From: Chiloscyllium plagiosum | Taxonomy: Eukaryota | Direction of reading: 5' to 3' | Length of the DNA stretch: 59,386 nt | Assembly (NCBI RefSeq): GCF_004010195.1 | Contig: NC_057758.1 | Span: 3,990,809-4,050,194, forward strand | Shown: positions 46,801 through 59,386 of the stretch, one piece after another | How positions within the stretch are numbered: position 1 is the stretch's first letter | Layout: each line of letters starts with the position of its first letter | The notes under the pieces: generated by a model | What the model saw: only the letters and a program-made list of their open reading frames with translations | Told to the model about the DNA's origin: nothing | Databases searched by the model: none | Position numbers and translations under genes: made by a program

Positions 46801-48289
46801 GATTCTCTCCCATTCTCCCCTTGTAACCCCTTCAGAAAAATAATGGGTGGATGATGCTTTAGTTGATCGTTAACATCCAAAGATCGAAGAACACCAATAA
46901 CATGCAGCAGCTGTCGAGATGTGAGGACTATGTGAAGAGATTCTACTCCCTGTCAACACTGGTATTCAATTACAGTCCCGGAAGACGATTAATCTGCTTG
47001 CAATTTGGGAAAGAGATCCCTGACCTCTCTGCCCTGTAGAAACACCAGCGTGATGATGTCACTGGAGAGAGGAAATTCACCTGCCCTGTGTGTAGAGAAC
47101 AAAGTCTGTCAATATTTCACTCTTTTATGACACCAGTGAGTTAATATTGGGTGGAAACCATCTGGCGACTTGGAGTATGGAAACATTTTCACTCAGTTCT
47201 CCTTCTGCAGAAACAGAGCATAATTCACACTGGGGGGATTTTTTTTTCTATATCCCTGCTCCGTTCCTGGAAAAAGGATTCTTTCAGTCATTAGAACAGG
47301 GGAAACGTGAGCAAATTCACTAAAGAATCCAGGAACTTCATCTTCCATAATTAGAAACAACATCCAAGTTAAACAGTGCATTACAGGCTCTCAACCTCTA
47401 ACAGCTCGATAAAAGTGCAGAAGTTACATGTGATCTGTGAAAACCTTGGGTAAACGATCCTGCTTATATTAAGCCCATAACGCAGAAAGATTTATCCCGT
47501 GCAGTAATCTGTGAAAATTCGCGAGTTCAGGATCTATTTGAATTCAGAATTAAGAGAATAACTAACTAACTATTATTTACAACTCCTTCCTCTAACTTAT
47601 CTTTTACGTTCCCCTTATATAGTAGGAGTCTAATAAAACCACCACATTAAAATTGACAAAACAATCAAGTTTTCAAAACAAGCCAGGTGGCGAATCTTGC
47701 ATTTGGATATTACTGTGTCTTATTTTCCTTTCTAAGGCATCATGTTTCACAGGTCACAGACTGATAAAGTTACCTGAAAGAGATCTATTTCTGAGCAATC
47801 TCTGCAAGCTGGTGATATGGCTGTTCTCTTCCCAACAGCTCAAATTTCTCTTGTCTTATATTCTAAAAGCATCTGATTGTGTCATTGTTTTTTAAGATTG
47901 TCAATATAGTAACTTCAACCTTGTCTGGAATGTGTTTCTTTCTGATGGATAATTTCAACTGATTGACAAATTTCGAATCTTTTATTATCTCCAGGCAACC
48001 AGCTACCCTGGTACAGTACACCCACATCTTCATAATAGAACATCGCCACATCCAAACGTGTTTGCACGTTGCACATCATCCTCAATTGGACCTATACTCG
48101 TTCTTATTTTCTTCCGTCACTACCTCAAAACCACAAATCCTGTGGAGGGTTTTCATTCTCAGCCCAAAAGTAAACAACCTCTGCAAAAACCCCTGCATTT
48201 TCAAGATGCAGGAATGTTGGCATGAAAACGGCTATCATTTCCCAATACAACCAAAAATACTATTCAGGAGCATTTAAACTGACAGGAGC

Positions 48290-50402
48290 AGAGAAAGCAG
48301 GAACAGGAATATTCCGTAGCCCTACTCCCCATTCATTATGTTTGTGACTGATCCTCTGCCCGGATACCATATTCCCATTTTCTCTCAATACCCCGTGATG
48401 CCTTTTATCTCTAAAACAATTATCTTTCTCTTTCCGGAATATATGCAGTGGCTTGAGTGCACAGCCTTCAGAGGTTAAGAATTCCACAGATTGACCAACG
48501 TCTCAGTGATGAAAGTTATCTTCACCTCCGTTCAAAATGCCACAGCCCAAGTCCTGAGTCCGTGATCTTTGGTTTGTGACTGCCCTACACGGGTAACATC
48601 CTCCCTGCAACAAGTCTGTTCTTGAGCCGTTAGAATTGGAGACGTTTTAATCAGCATCCCGGCCTCCAATTCTTCTCAATGCATCCTCAGATGAACCAGC
48701 CTCTTTTAATGTGACAGTTCTAACAGCCTCGAATCAGTCCAATCAATTTCCGTTGTACTCACTCCGCAGTAAGCACGCCGTCCGTTAGCTAGCGATACAC
48801 AAACTGCACAGAACCATCATTGTCTGGACTCACCAAGGCTGCTGCATCACTGTAGTATAGCAAAGAACAAATAAAATTATTCAGGAGAAACACACCCTAC
48901 GGCCCCCCAAGCCAAAACCAATCCAGATCCTCTATTTAAACCTGTCACCTATTTTCCTAGGATCTGTATCCCTTTGCTCCCTACCCATTCATGTATCTGT
49001 CTATATACTCATTAAACAATGCTATCGTGCCTACCTCTACCACCTCCACAGCAACTTGCTCCATCCAGCCACCACGCTCTGTGTAAAGAAAATTACATGT
49101 GCATCTCCCTTGTGCTTTCCCCCTCATTTTAAAATCGTAACCCTTGTAATTGACACCAGCACACTGGTTAAAATCTTGCTACCAACTGTATCGATAGCGC
49201 ACATGTTTTTTTCAGACATAATTTCTCTCATCAAAATAGTCCTAATCTACTCAACATCTCTTCATCACTCGCGCTCTTCATCCAAGGCAACATCATAGTG
49301 AACCTCCTCTGCACCCTCTCCAAACTAACACATCCTTTTGGAAATGTTGTGATCAGAAATTTATGCGGTATTCTAAATGTGGAACCATGAATACCTTCTA
49401 CAACTTTAGCATGACCTCCCAACACTTGCACTCAATACACCATCCGATGAAGGGGAGCATTCCATTTGCTTCCTTGACCACTCTAGAACCATAGAATCCC
49501 GACAGTGAAGAAACAAGTCCTTTGGCCCAAGAAGTACACACTGAACATTCGAAGAGTAACACATCCACATACATTCCGCCATTCTTCTCCTCCACCCTTA
49601 AGCTGTCTTATACACGTAACCTACATGAGGACTTTGGGCAATTTATCATTGTCAATTTATCTAACCTACACTTATTTAGATTGTGGGAGGAAACCGGAGC
49701 ACCCGCAGCAAACCCATGCAGACAAGGGGAGATTGTGCAAACCCCCCACAGACAGTTGTCTGATGCTGGAGTAGAACCCAGGTCCCTCGTGCTGTGAGAC
49801 TGCAGTGCGAAGCACTGAGCCACTGTGCTGTCCTCTATCGATCTGCATTACCACCTTCAGGGTATAAAGTATCTTAACATCCAGATATTTCGGTGCATCA
49901 ATTTTCACTCGGACTTTTCCTTTTGACGTATTATTCAATCTTGAATTGGATCTTTCAAATTACATCCCGTCCAGTTGCCCGGATCTGCTCTATCTCCAAC
50001 GAAATATTCCCTCTGTCTGTATTCTGTTACGTTCCCTGACAGTCCCCTTTACGATCTTCCACTCCACTGAAGTAGTGCCAGCTGCAAACTTGCTAATCAT
50101 ATCGCCTATAACTTCCTCCAGATCACTTTTCTGTACCACAGAGAACAGTAGTCCCAACACGGATCCCTGTGAAACATCACTGTTCACAGTTCTCCATTTT
50201 GCGAATCTACCTTCCACTATTTTCTGTATCCTGTTGCTCAGCCAGATCTCTATATATCCAGCCAGCACGCCCTGGAACCCATGTGACTTCAACTTCCTCC
50301 ATTAATCTAACATGGCGACCCTTCTCAAACGACTTACTGAGGTCCACGGATATGACATCGACAGCCCTTCCCTCATCAATCAACCTTTTCACTTCCTCAA
50401 AA
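48290..50402 (-). mobile_element. CR1 fragments with a nested V-SINE (49486-49832); mirror of 12685-14825
   Basis: ORFs 49990..50292, 50207..50455 and 49608..49823 match their left-arm counterparts. Confidence 0.85.
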
Positions 50403-51087
50403 TATTTCCCTACTCCTGAGCTCCAATCCGACTGCAGTAAATGTCCATGTATCATTTGCCTTGGGGATTGCTTGCTGCAGCTGACCTGTTTCCCTGGACT
50501 GGTTCACAGGGGTAGCAAGATTAATGGCATGTGAGTAGATTCAAGGAGACCTTGGCAGGCATGAAATGGACAGATACATCGCAGCTCACTAAAACACTGA
50601 GAAAGGTGCAGTGATTCGTTACTCATGAAGGTCTGAGAAGCGGCAGAATAAACTGAATGATAAATTGTTAAAACTGGAGTATGGACAGAGAGACCTGGAC
50701 TTTCGTCGTATTAGTGATTTTTAAAAATCTGTAAAGTCCTGAGAATTTTTCTTTGATACTTACATTTGCCAAGTTTAAAAGTTTGGAAAATTACGTTGTA
50801 TTTAAAATTTAATGTTGTGATGTTATTCAGGGAGGTATTCAGTTGTGTGAGTACTCACATTCCCCCCTTTCAATCCTTGCTAGTTGCTTCTACCACACAG
50901 TCCTTCTCTCTCTTTGTGCTTGATTCTGTGCTCCACTCTGTGTCTCACACTGTCCCCATGTCTGACATTCCACTTACCGTAAACTATAACATTGTAATAT
51001 GAAGGAAGACCATGCACACATTAAGCATGCACGAGTTTGCCGTGTCTTGGAGCGTTTAGGATTTGCTGGTGGACAGCAAACAGGGTT

Positions 51088-52045
51088 ACATAAAACATAG
51101 AACATAGAACAACACAGCGCAGAACAAGGCCTTCGGCCCTCAATGTTACACCGACATGTGATGTAATCTAAGCTCATCTCCCTTATCATACCCCATTATC
51201 ATCCATTTGCTTATCTAAGGCCTGTTTAAAACTTCATCATTTGGCTGAGTAAACTACATTGGCAGGCATGGTATTCCACGGCCTGACCACTCTGAGCACA
51301 GAACCTGACTCTGACATCTGTCTGAAATCTATAACCCCTTAAATTGCAAGCTGACATCATTTGACTAGAAAAAAATACTTTCACGGTCTACCCTATCTAA
51401 TCCACTGTAGATCTTGTATCTCTCTATCAAATCCACTCTTACCCTTCTTTTTTCCAATCAGGAGAGATGCAAGTCTCTCAGACATTTCTCATTAGACATA
51501 CCCCCAGACTAGGTAACATCCTGGTAAATCTCCTCAGTACCTTTTCCAATGCTTCCAAATCCTTCCTGAAATGGGGCGACCAGAACCGCACACAACCTTC
51601 CAAGTGAAGCCGCACGAGCGTTTTGTATAGTTTCAGCATGACATTACAGCTCCGCATCTCAATCCCTCTACCAATAAAGTTTGACACACCGTTTGTGTTC
51701 TTGATAGCACGTTAAATCTGGGTGGCAAATTTGAGGGATCTTTGTACATGGACTCCAAGATCCCTTTGCACATCCACATTAACAAGAATCTTTCCATTGA
51801 ACAGTTTTATGCCTTCTTGTTATTCATCCCAAGTGATTCACCTCACATTTAGCCGCATTGAACTTTATTTGCCAATTCTCAGCCCAGTTCTGCAATTTAT
51901 CCAAGTCCCCCTGCAACCTGCAAAATTCTTCCACACTGTCCACTACTGCACAGCCTTTAGTGTTATCTGCAAACTTACTAACCCATCCACCTATGCCTGC
52001 GTCTAAGTCCTTTATAAAAAATAACAAACAACATTGGTCCTAAAA
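51088..52045 (-). mobile_element. CR1 3' fragment (mirror of 11050-12000)
   Basis: FIKDLDAGIGGWVSKFADNTK (ORF 51824..52027); CATAGAA tail at ~51095. Confidence 0.9.
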
Positions 52046-53463
52046 CAACCCTATGTCATACCCCACGAATACATAGACTTCAGGCTGAATATTTCACATC
52101 AACTACAACTTGCTGCGCTTTTTCAAAATCCAGTTTCCAATCCAAACTGCGAATTGCCCTCAGTCCCATGCCTCTGCATTTCCTCCAACTCAATGGTTTA
52201 TTTCCAGCTTTGTGAGCTGGTACTCATGGGGGTTTCTTGAAGCGTCTCTGTTAAACTCACAGCCATTTACAAACACTGTCAATTATTTTGCCAAATGGAA
52301 CAAGTGCAATGCCCCTACGTTCACTGACAAGACCCATGTTGGTTGGAAAAGAAAGTGTGAGGGCGACCGAAGAGGCTGTAACTTGCTGTGGACATGTTCA
52401 CTTATTGGGAACGTAAATGTCAAATCGAATAGTGTGAACAGACATCCCTGTGCAGCAGCGATTTCCAAACGAACTCAGAGACAGATTAAAAGTCTCTTTC
52501 CATGCTGAGTCCAAAATTCCAGACACATAAAGGAGTATCCATGACAGATGGCAGTTTTCTGACTGGATATTATGAAGTTGCAAAATGAAAGTACTGAGAG
52601 TACAATTCATCACATCTAATCATAGCGTCTACGTTGCAGAAAATGTCGTACTAATTATATTGAAAGAATTAGGAGATGGAGTATCACATGGTGAAATATG
52701 ATTCATGTTTGTAGAAAGAATAGAGAAAAAAATGAATGTTTCTGTTAAAAATAAGGTGGAAGTATTAAACATTATTGCCCAGAAGGATTAATTTTGTCAC
52801 AAATTTACGTGGAGGTGGAGGCAGCGTGGAGATGCCAACAGATTGTATCAGGTACATAAGGATGTCTTGTTAGGAATCTCTCTAGTTGAGATTTTCCCCA
52901 TTATTGAGTATCCTTTGAGAGAGTCTCGCTCTCCCAGTCTCTCGGTGACACTGTCTGCATGCAGTCACACTCATACGTGTGCATTATTACACACTCACCA
53001 TCACCCACAGTCAATCAATCTCACACATAATTTCACGCACTCAGAGCACTCTCTCAGTCAAATACAAACAATGACTAACTCCCTTAAACTCTCTCCCTCT
53101 CTTTCTCCCTTTCTCACACACATGCACACATTTACGTACTAGCATTCTTAAACACACACATAGACACTGTCTCTAACACACAGAGACACTAAAAAAGCAT
53201 CTCCCACACACATTATCCCTCAAACTTTGTCACACAGTCACATGCNNNNNNNNNNNNNNNNNNNNNNNNNNNNNNNNNNNNNNNNNNNNNNNNNNNNNNN
53301 NNNNNNNNNNNNNNNNNNNNNNNNNNNNNNNNNNNNNNNNNNNNNNNNNNNNNNNNNNNNNNNNNNNNNNNNNNNNNNNNNNNNNNNNNNNNNNNNNNNN
53401 NNNNNNNNNNNNNNNNNNNNNNNNNNNNNNNNNNNNNNNNNNNNNNNNNNNNNNNNNNNNNNN

Positions 53464-54267
53464 AGAAAGGTGGCAAATGGTGTTCAATGTAGGTAGGTGT
53501 GAGGTGATTCACTTTGGTAAGAGTAACAAGAAGATGGGGTATTGGGCTAATGGTCGGATACTTGGTAGTGTGGATGAGCAGAGGGATCTTGGTGTCCATG
53601 TACACAGATCTCTGAAAGTTGCCACCCAGGTAAATAGTGCGCTGAGGAAGGTATATGGCGTACTGGCTTTTATTGGTAGAGGAATTGAGTTCGGGAGTCC
53701 TGAGGTCATGATGCAGTTGTATAAGACTCTGGTGCGGCCGCATCTGGAATATTGTGTGCAGTTTTGGTTGCCATACTATAGGAAGGATGTGGAGGCACTG
53801 GAACGGGTGCAGAGGAGGTTTACCAGGATGTTGCCTGGTATGGAAGGAAGATCGTATGAGGAAAGACTGAGACACTTGGGGCTGTTTTCATTAGAGAAAA
53901 GAAGGTTTAGGGGTGACTTGATTGAGGTGTACAAGATGATTAGGGGGTTAGATAGGGTTGACAGTGTGAACCTTTTCCCGCGTATGGAGTCGGGTATTAC
54001 AAGGGGGCATAGCTTTATATTAAGGGGGGTTGATATAGGACTGAAGTTAGGGGTAGGTTCTTCACTCAGCGAGTCGTTAGTTCATGGAATGCCCTGCCAG
54101 TAGCAGTGGTGGACTTTCCCTCTTTATGGGCATTTAAGCGGGCATTGGATAGGTATATGGAGGATAGTGGGTTAGTATAGGTTAGGTGGGCTTGGATCGG
54201 CGCAACATCGAGGGCCAAAGGGCCTGTACTGCGCTGTATTCTTCTATGTTCTTCTATGTTCTATGTT
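53464..54267 (+). mobile_element. Young CR1 LINE 3' end, right arm only (5' part hidden in gap 53246-53463)
   Basis: About 185 uninterrupted codons (EQRDLGVHVH, LYKTLVRPHLEYCVQFW, LERVQRRFTRMLPG, RGDLIEVYK, TRGHS) and an intact (TTCTATG)n tail; absent at the corresponding left position ~9028. Confidence 0.95.
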
Positions 54268-55090
54268 CTCACTCACACTCTCACAGTATCACTCACTCCT
54301 TAAGTCTCAGTCACTCCCTCCATTTCGCACTGAATATCGCACTCTCTAGCTCAGTTCCTTTCAGTCATACTCTATCCCTCAATGTCTCACTGTCACGTCC
54401 TCTCCCTAAATTGGACCGAAAACTCCAGGCATTCATTAATTGGCAATTCTGCTTCCTTTTAAATGCAGAACATTTGAAGCAAATGTGTTTTTTTTTTGAT
54501 AAAATTGTGTTTTCTGCATAAAACAAGGCGGAGACGAGGTAAATTCTGAGACAGATCCTGAACAAGGTCCACACCTATTATTCAGTGGATGACCTCAAAT
54601 GTCACGTTTTGTACATGTATGTCGCTCTGTCTGTTTGAAGCTTGAGAAGTAAGCAGGATCTGCTGAAACGTCTAATTCTCTCAGAGCAGTAACTTCAAAC
54701 ATATTCAGGAATGTTTATCTTCGTCAATCGAAACTTCCACATTATTTCGAACAGAGTTCTACAGATCCTGCTTCTCCATTTCAGACTGATATCTTTGCAA
54801 GGCAGGAATTTCTGAATGAAAACACCTTTTGTCACATTTGCCTCTCACGTGTGCTGTCAGATTTACACAACCAAACTGAAGGCTTCCCTGTTCCTTCACC
54901 CAGTTTAAATCTTTAATATTGAGTTTATATTGTCCCTTCTAATTCTAAAATCCAGAACCAGTTCACATCGCGCTTAGATTCATCTGTAGGAGGCTGAGAG
55001 ACATAGGACGAGTAATTAGAAGGTGTCAGTCAACTATTTAAAGATTGGTCACAGCAGCCATTTTTATGGTAGCACAACACTGATATCAGA

Positions 55091-55605
55091 GGAAAATAGA
55101 AGATAGGAGCAGGCGGAGGCAATACGGCCTTTCCAACTGTCACCGTTATTCATCACGTCCGTGACTGATCTTCCAGCTCAATAGCCTGACCCTTCATTTC
55201 TACCCATAACCTTTCATCCCAAATGCTTCCAGCTCAATAGCCTGACGCTCAATAGCCTGACACAACCTTTCATCCCAAATGCACTAAGTTCTACATCTAA
55301 CCGTCCCTTGAAAACATACACTGTTCTGGCATCAAATACTTCCTGTGATAATGAATTCCAGAGGCCCATCATTATTTGGGTGACGAAATGCCTCCTCATC
55401 TCGATCGTAAATGTCTCATCTCGAATCCTCAGGCAGTAAACCCTGGATCTGGACATATGCACCATGAGGAACAGCCTCCCTGCATCTGCCCTGTCTAGTC
55501 ATGTTAGAAACTTTATAAGACTTTATGATACCCTCCCTCACTCACTGAACCCCAGTGAAAGTAATCCTAACCTGACCAATCTCTCTACATACTTCATTCC
55601 AACGT
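55091..55605 (-). mobile_element. CR1 3' fragment (mirror of 7665-8120) with small local duplications at ~55170-55285
   Basis: ORF 55214..55465; GCTCAATAGCCTGAC occurs three times. Confidence 0.85.
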
Positions 55606-56049
55606 GCCTTGAAACAGCCCGATAAACCGAGTCTCACTCATCTTATAAACAGGGAAAGGCAAGAAAGAATGTGGACTTGGGAGTCCTTGCTCAAGTCAGT
55701 TCAATGTTGATCAACGAGAATGGTGGATGGATCGCAAATATTCAATGGCAAGGCAGTAAAATAACACAAACCCAAGGTTGCATTATTTAAGGATGGGATA
55801 GAATTGAAGTTTTGAGGCAGTAATGCAAAGCACTGGGATAGATAAAAAAAAGTTTCTTGCTGTTTTTGGATGTAAGGCTAGAATCATCATCTAAATATCT
55901 AACAATGCTTGAAACATATCAAGGCTAAAATGAAGGAACAACGCCTTGAATTTCTGTACATGTGTGGATATCAGTGAGGATGGTAGAATTTCTCACCAAA
56001 GGGCAGCATTGAGTCAGGTTCTTTTTTTTTTCCAACTATCTGGGAATGA

Positions 56050-57835
56050 TGGTCTTTGTGGAGTTATCTCACCCAAAGCCTACTCTGTTCTGCGAGCAAT
56101 GCCCGGTCACACTACCCCTCCAATCCTCTGGGAATGGACCTTTGGCCTACCACATAACTAGTCCGATATCAATGGCCTCCTACTCCACCCCATCTCACTT
56201 GCCATAGCAACAGTCAGTTGTCCCACACACATTGTTCCCCTAGCAACGGTCTGTAACCACACCCCTCTGTTCCCACAGCAGCATAACAGTCACACACAAA
56301 ATCTGTTCCCTCAAAATTGGCCTGTGTCGCATCTGTCCTCTGTTCCTTATCAATGATCAATGGTTCCACTCCCTTACTTTCCCCAAGGAAAGGTCAGTAG
56401 TCCAACGCGACTCGGTTCTCAGGATATATACCTGCAGACCCTTCCGATTCTACTTAATGAGCAACAGACTGTGGCCTATTCTCAACCTTTCCCAAGCAGA
56501 GGCCTGAGCACCACAGCCTGGACAGTCGGCTCTGATTCCACCCACACTTCCTCCTTCAGAAATGATTGTGGCAATGCACCCACACTATTCCAAAGCAAAA
56601 CCTTTGAAACCACCTGACCCACCTTTCTCATAGCATCAGTGTGTGACCCCGCAAACACAGTGTTCCCCTGGACACAGAAGGAGGCTTAAACGACTACCGT
56701 TTCGCTTAACAATGGTTTCCAGCCAAACACTCTCTCTGTTCCCTGAGCAAAGGCTTGCTGCAATGTTTCCACGCTGCTCCCCCAGCAACAGACTGCATTT
56801 TCACGCGCACTCTCTTCCCCTAGCAACGGACTGTGGACCTACCCACAACCTGTTCTTGAAACACCAGTCAGTGATTCTGCATCTAATCTTCTCTCTTAGC
56901 AAAGACTGCTGGATCCATCACCTTTCTATTCCTTTTGTGGTCATATATCCATTTCGACTGCCGAGCAACTAGCAATTGTTGCACCGCTACTCTGATCCCA
57001 CATGAACACCCAACGTCATCAACTCCCTCTGTTATCCTTTGCAATGTTTATGCTCTCACTACCTTGCTTTCCTGTCAGCAATGGCCTGAGAATCTGTACC
57101 TGATCTGTTCCCTTAACAAAGGCCTGTGAACCATTCCTCATTCTATTCACCCACCTTTTCCCAACCCTTTCTCCAAGCAACGGTCTTTGTGCACATAGCC
57201 ACTCTGCCCCCCAGCAAAAGACAGTGGTCGAACACCAATTATTTTCCCCTGGCAACGGAATGTAGGCCCATCCCACACTCTTCCAAAGACAACATCCGTC
57301 AGCCCCACCACCATACTGTTTCTCTGACAAGGATACATGATCCTACACCTGCTTTTCTTTCCCTAATAACTGGCTGCTGGACCACCACTGCACTGTTGCA
57401 TTAAAAACAGGCTTTGTCCACTTCCACATAATTTTCCCACGGAACAGTTCATTGTCAAAACCATCCCCGTGAACACCTTCGAAAACCAAGTTGTTCCACA
57501 TATATACTTTTCCCATAACAATTGCATCCCTAATTTGAGCACGTTCCTGCTGTATTCGCCGAGCAACCGCATCTTCACTCTAACCCAGTAGAAACTGGGT
57601 GAACTCATAACCATTCTGTTTCCTCAGCCACAAAAAGTAGTTGCACACAATGTGTTCCATTCACAGGAATATTGTCCGACGCTCACCTTTTGACCAAGTA
57701 ACAGCCATTGCTCTCACAAACAGAGTCCACGAGCAATTGCATTTTGCCGAAACCCCACACTCTATATGTGCATCCCGTTCTGTTCCCCAAACAACAGATT
57801 GCAAAAGTAAACACACTCTGTTTCTCCAGCAGCAG
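56050..57835 (-). repeat. Mirror of the degenerate ~38-bp tandem array
   Basis: Reverse complement of 5452-7270, e.g. TTCCCCTAGCAACGG at ~56235 and ~56815. Confidence 0.8.
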
Positions 57836-58421
57836 AAGCTAAGAGGGAGTTGGAGGTACAGGGAGAGCAAGACGAAGAAACAGTGAATGAGAATGGGGGA
57901 GGGAGATACAGTGAACAGCAATTACAAAATAGGAGGTGCAGTGAGTACAAATGAGAGAAATTGTGAGAATGGGAGAAAGATATGAATGGAGGGGAACAGA
58001 GAGAAAGTTGAATTCTGCTGAGGCCAGGACGGGGTGTTTAACACAGAGGTGAAAGCAAGGACAGAATGACTTAAACAGAATTCAGGTGTCCCATCCGGTT
58101 CCATCCCCTTCTCGGATGACAAGGATATCGGTGAGAATCTCCAGCTCAGCTTCTTCAAAGCAAAGACAAACTCTACTGCTTGACACTTTTTAATGAACGT
58201 TTTAATCAGTTACGCATTGAAGTTATGGATACAGTCAGGTGAGAGCATTGCCTTGCCTGGCTGGCTCCTGAGTTGAGAGAAACGCTGAGATATACCCCTA
58301 TAATCACCTGTCAGAGGATAAGGATGGACAAACCAGTACCGTCCTCAGTCTATTACCATATTGACAAGCTGCTTCACTGCCGAAACATTGAATTGAAATA
58401 TGAAAATCCTGAATTGATTGA

Positions 58422-59329
58422 TTAATGAGTGAATTGGATTGATTTATGAATTTGAAGAAAGGGATACATCAGCACATTCTTCAACTGCTGTCTGAACTTT
58501 TTCTGGGTCACAGCATATATCGCTGTGTTTGTGCAGCAACTGAGGAGCTGCAGCATGAAGCCTAATTCCTGCACAAATGGATAGACAAACACAGACCTAT
58601 ACCCTAAATACCACATCCGGTTCCATATAGAATACACCATCAGCATTGACCATAACAAGATGAAATTGCCCGAGATCACAAACAGCAAAATTATGGATCT
58701 TTGTCGATTTCGCATTTCTGTGTCACACTGACCGTCCCCATTTGTGTGAGCACGCAGTCTCTTGCGGGCTCTGCTGGTCACTAAAATGTGTCTGACGGTG
58801 AAAATATTGAGTAGTATAATCAGGAGAAATGGAAGAGCCGGGTTTAGGACGTGATGGAGGAACTCGATTGCAGTCCAGACATGAGAGGATTGAACACTGC
58901 TTGTTATGTGACAAAACCAGGGGATGTTATCCAGATTATACGTCCCTGCCAGCATGAAATACCAGAAAATGTTCTTTAAGCAGCTCAGCACAGTCACTGT
59001 TCCAAGAACCACAGCCGCTGTTTTCTCACTGCAGTATTTACTTTTCAGGTTCTGGCAACAAATGGATACAAACCGATCAAAGGTGAAAGTGACTGTGAAC
59101 CAGACAGAACAGTCAGTTGCTGCATAAAGCAGGACGGCGTGGATATTACACACATGTATGTACCACAGGAAAGTAAACTCTTCCCAATAAACAATGGGAA
59201 TGTGTCTCAATATCAGATCGAGGATAATGACCAGTAGATCCGCCACTGCCATGGCCCCCAGGTAACGACTGACACAGGGAGACAATCCACAATCTTTATG
59301 AAGCAGGATGAAGATTGTCACTCTGGTAA
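58422..59329 (-). CDS. GPR139/GPR142-like class A GPCR, coding exon 2 (paralog of 3927-4834)
   Basis: Same length with no stops or frameshifts and 13 amino-acid differences; CAG acceptor retained at 59330-59332. Confidence 0.9.
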
Positions 59330-59386
59330 CTGTAAGGAAGGGAAACAAAGAAAATATGCATCATCCTGGAGGTAAAGTTGTCAGTT

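Larger units (their letters stand above)
36666..56037 (-). pseudogene. Mirrored copy of the unidentified multi-exon pseudogene, with an extra exon-like block at ~39018-39360
   Basis: Same blocks as the left arm, e.g. ORF 36627..36812 VQRGTVLSEAYFKVITAD, 52283..52468 and 41858..42085. Several stops are shared with the left arm. Confidence 0.55.
33695..59386 (-). repeat. Right arm of the inverted segmental duplication (runs to the window end)
   Basis: Reverse complement of 3870-25975 with arm-specific extra segments at 38983-40765, 43649-45091 and 53464-54267. Confidence 0.95.

Noticed and set aside
53477..54103. 208-aa ORF as a host gene
   Set aside because: It is the CR1 ORF2 C-terminus, with a frameshift near its end and a LINE tail.
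33695..59386. Right arm as an uncollapsed second haplotype
   Set aside because: Divergence of several percent throughout, kb-scale indels and arm-specific insertions fit paralogy better. It is not formally excluded without read depth.

Overview
Repeat-rich vertebrate genomic DNA, very probably an elasmobranch (shark), inferred from HE1-type V-SINEs, abundant CR1 LINEs and a GPR139/GPR142-like GPCR. The draft assembly has seven N-gaps. The window is dominated by a large inverted segmental duplication: 3870-25975 is mirrored by 33695-59386 (the right arm runs to the window edge), around a ~7.7 kb spacer. Each arm carries, from the outside in: (i) an intact 302-codon second exon of a GPR139-like class A GPCR, the two copies convergent and differing at 13 residues, mostly extracellular; (ii) a cryptic ~38-bp-period degenerate tandem array; (iii) a decayed, unidentified multi-exon gene; (iv) CR1, SINE and Penelope fragments; and (v) the LTR and 5' half of a Gmr1-type (PR-INT-RT order) Gypsy element. 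Several Penelope-related pieces contain recognisable minimal hammerhead ribozyme cores. One lies in a young 219-bp element built around an 88-bp hairpin, with a 14-bp target-site duplication and an empty site in the other arm. The inverted orientation depends on a join across an exactly 500-N gap and needs long-read confirmation. Identity values are by-eye estimates unless a count is given.
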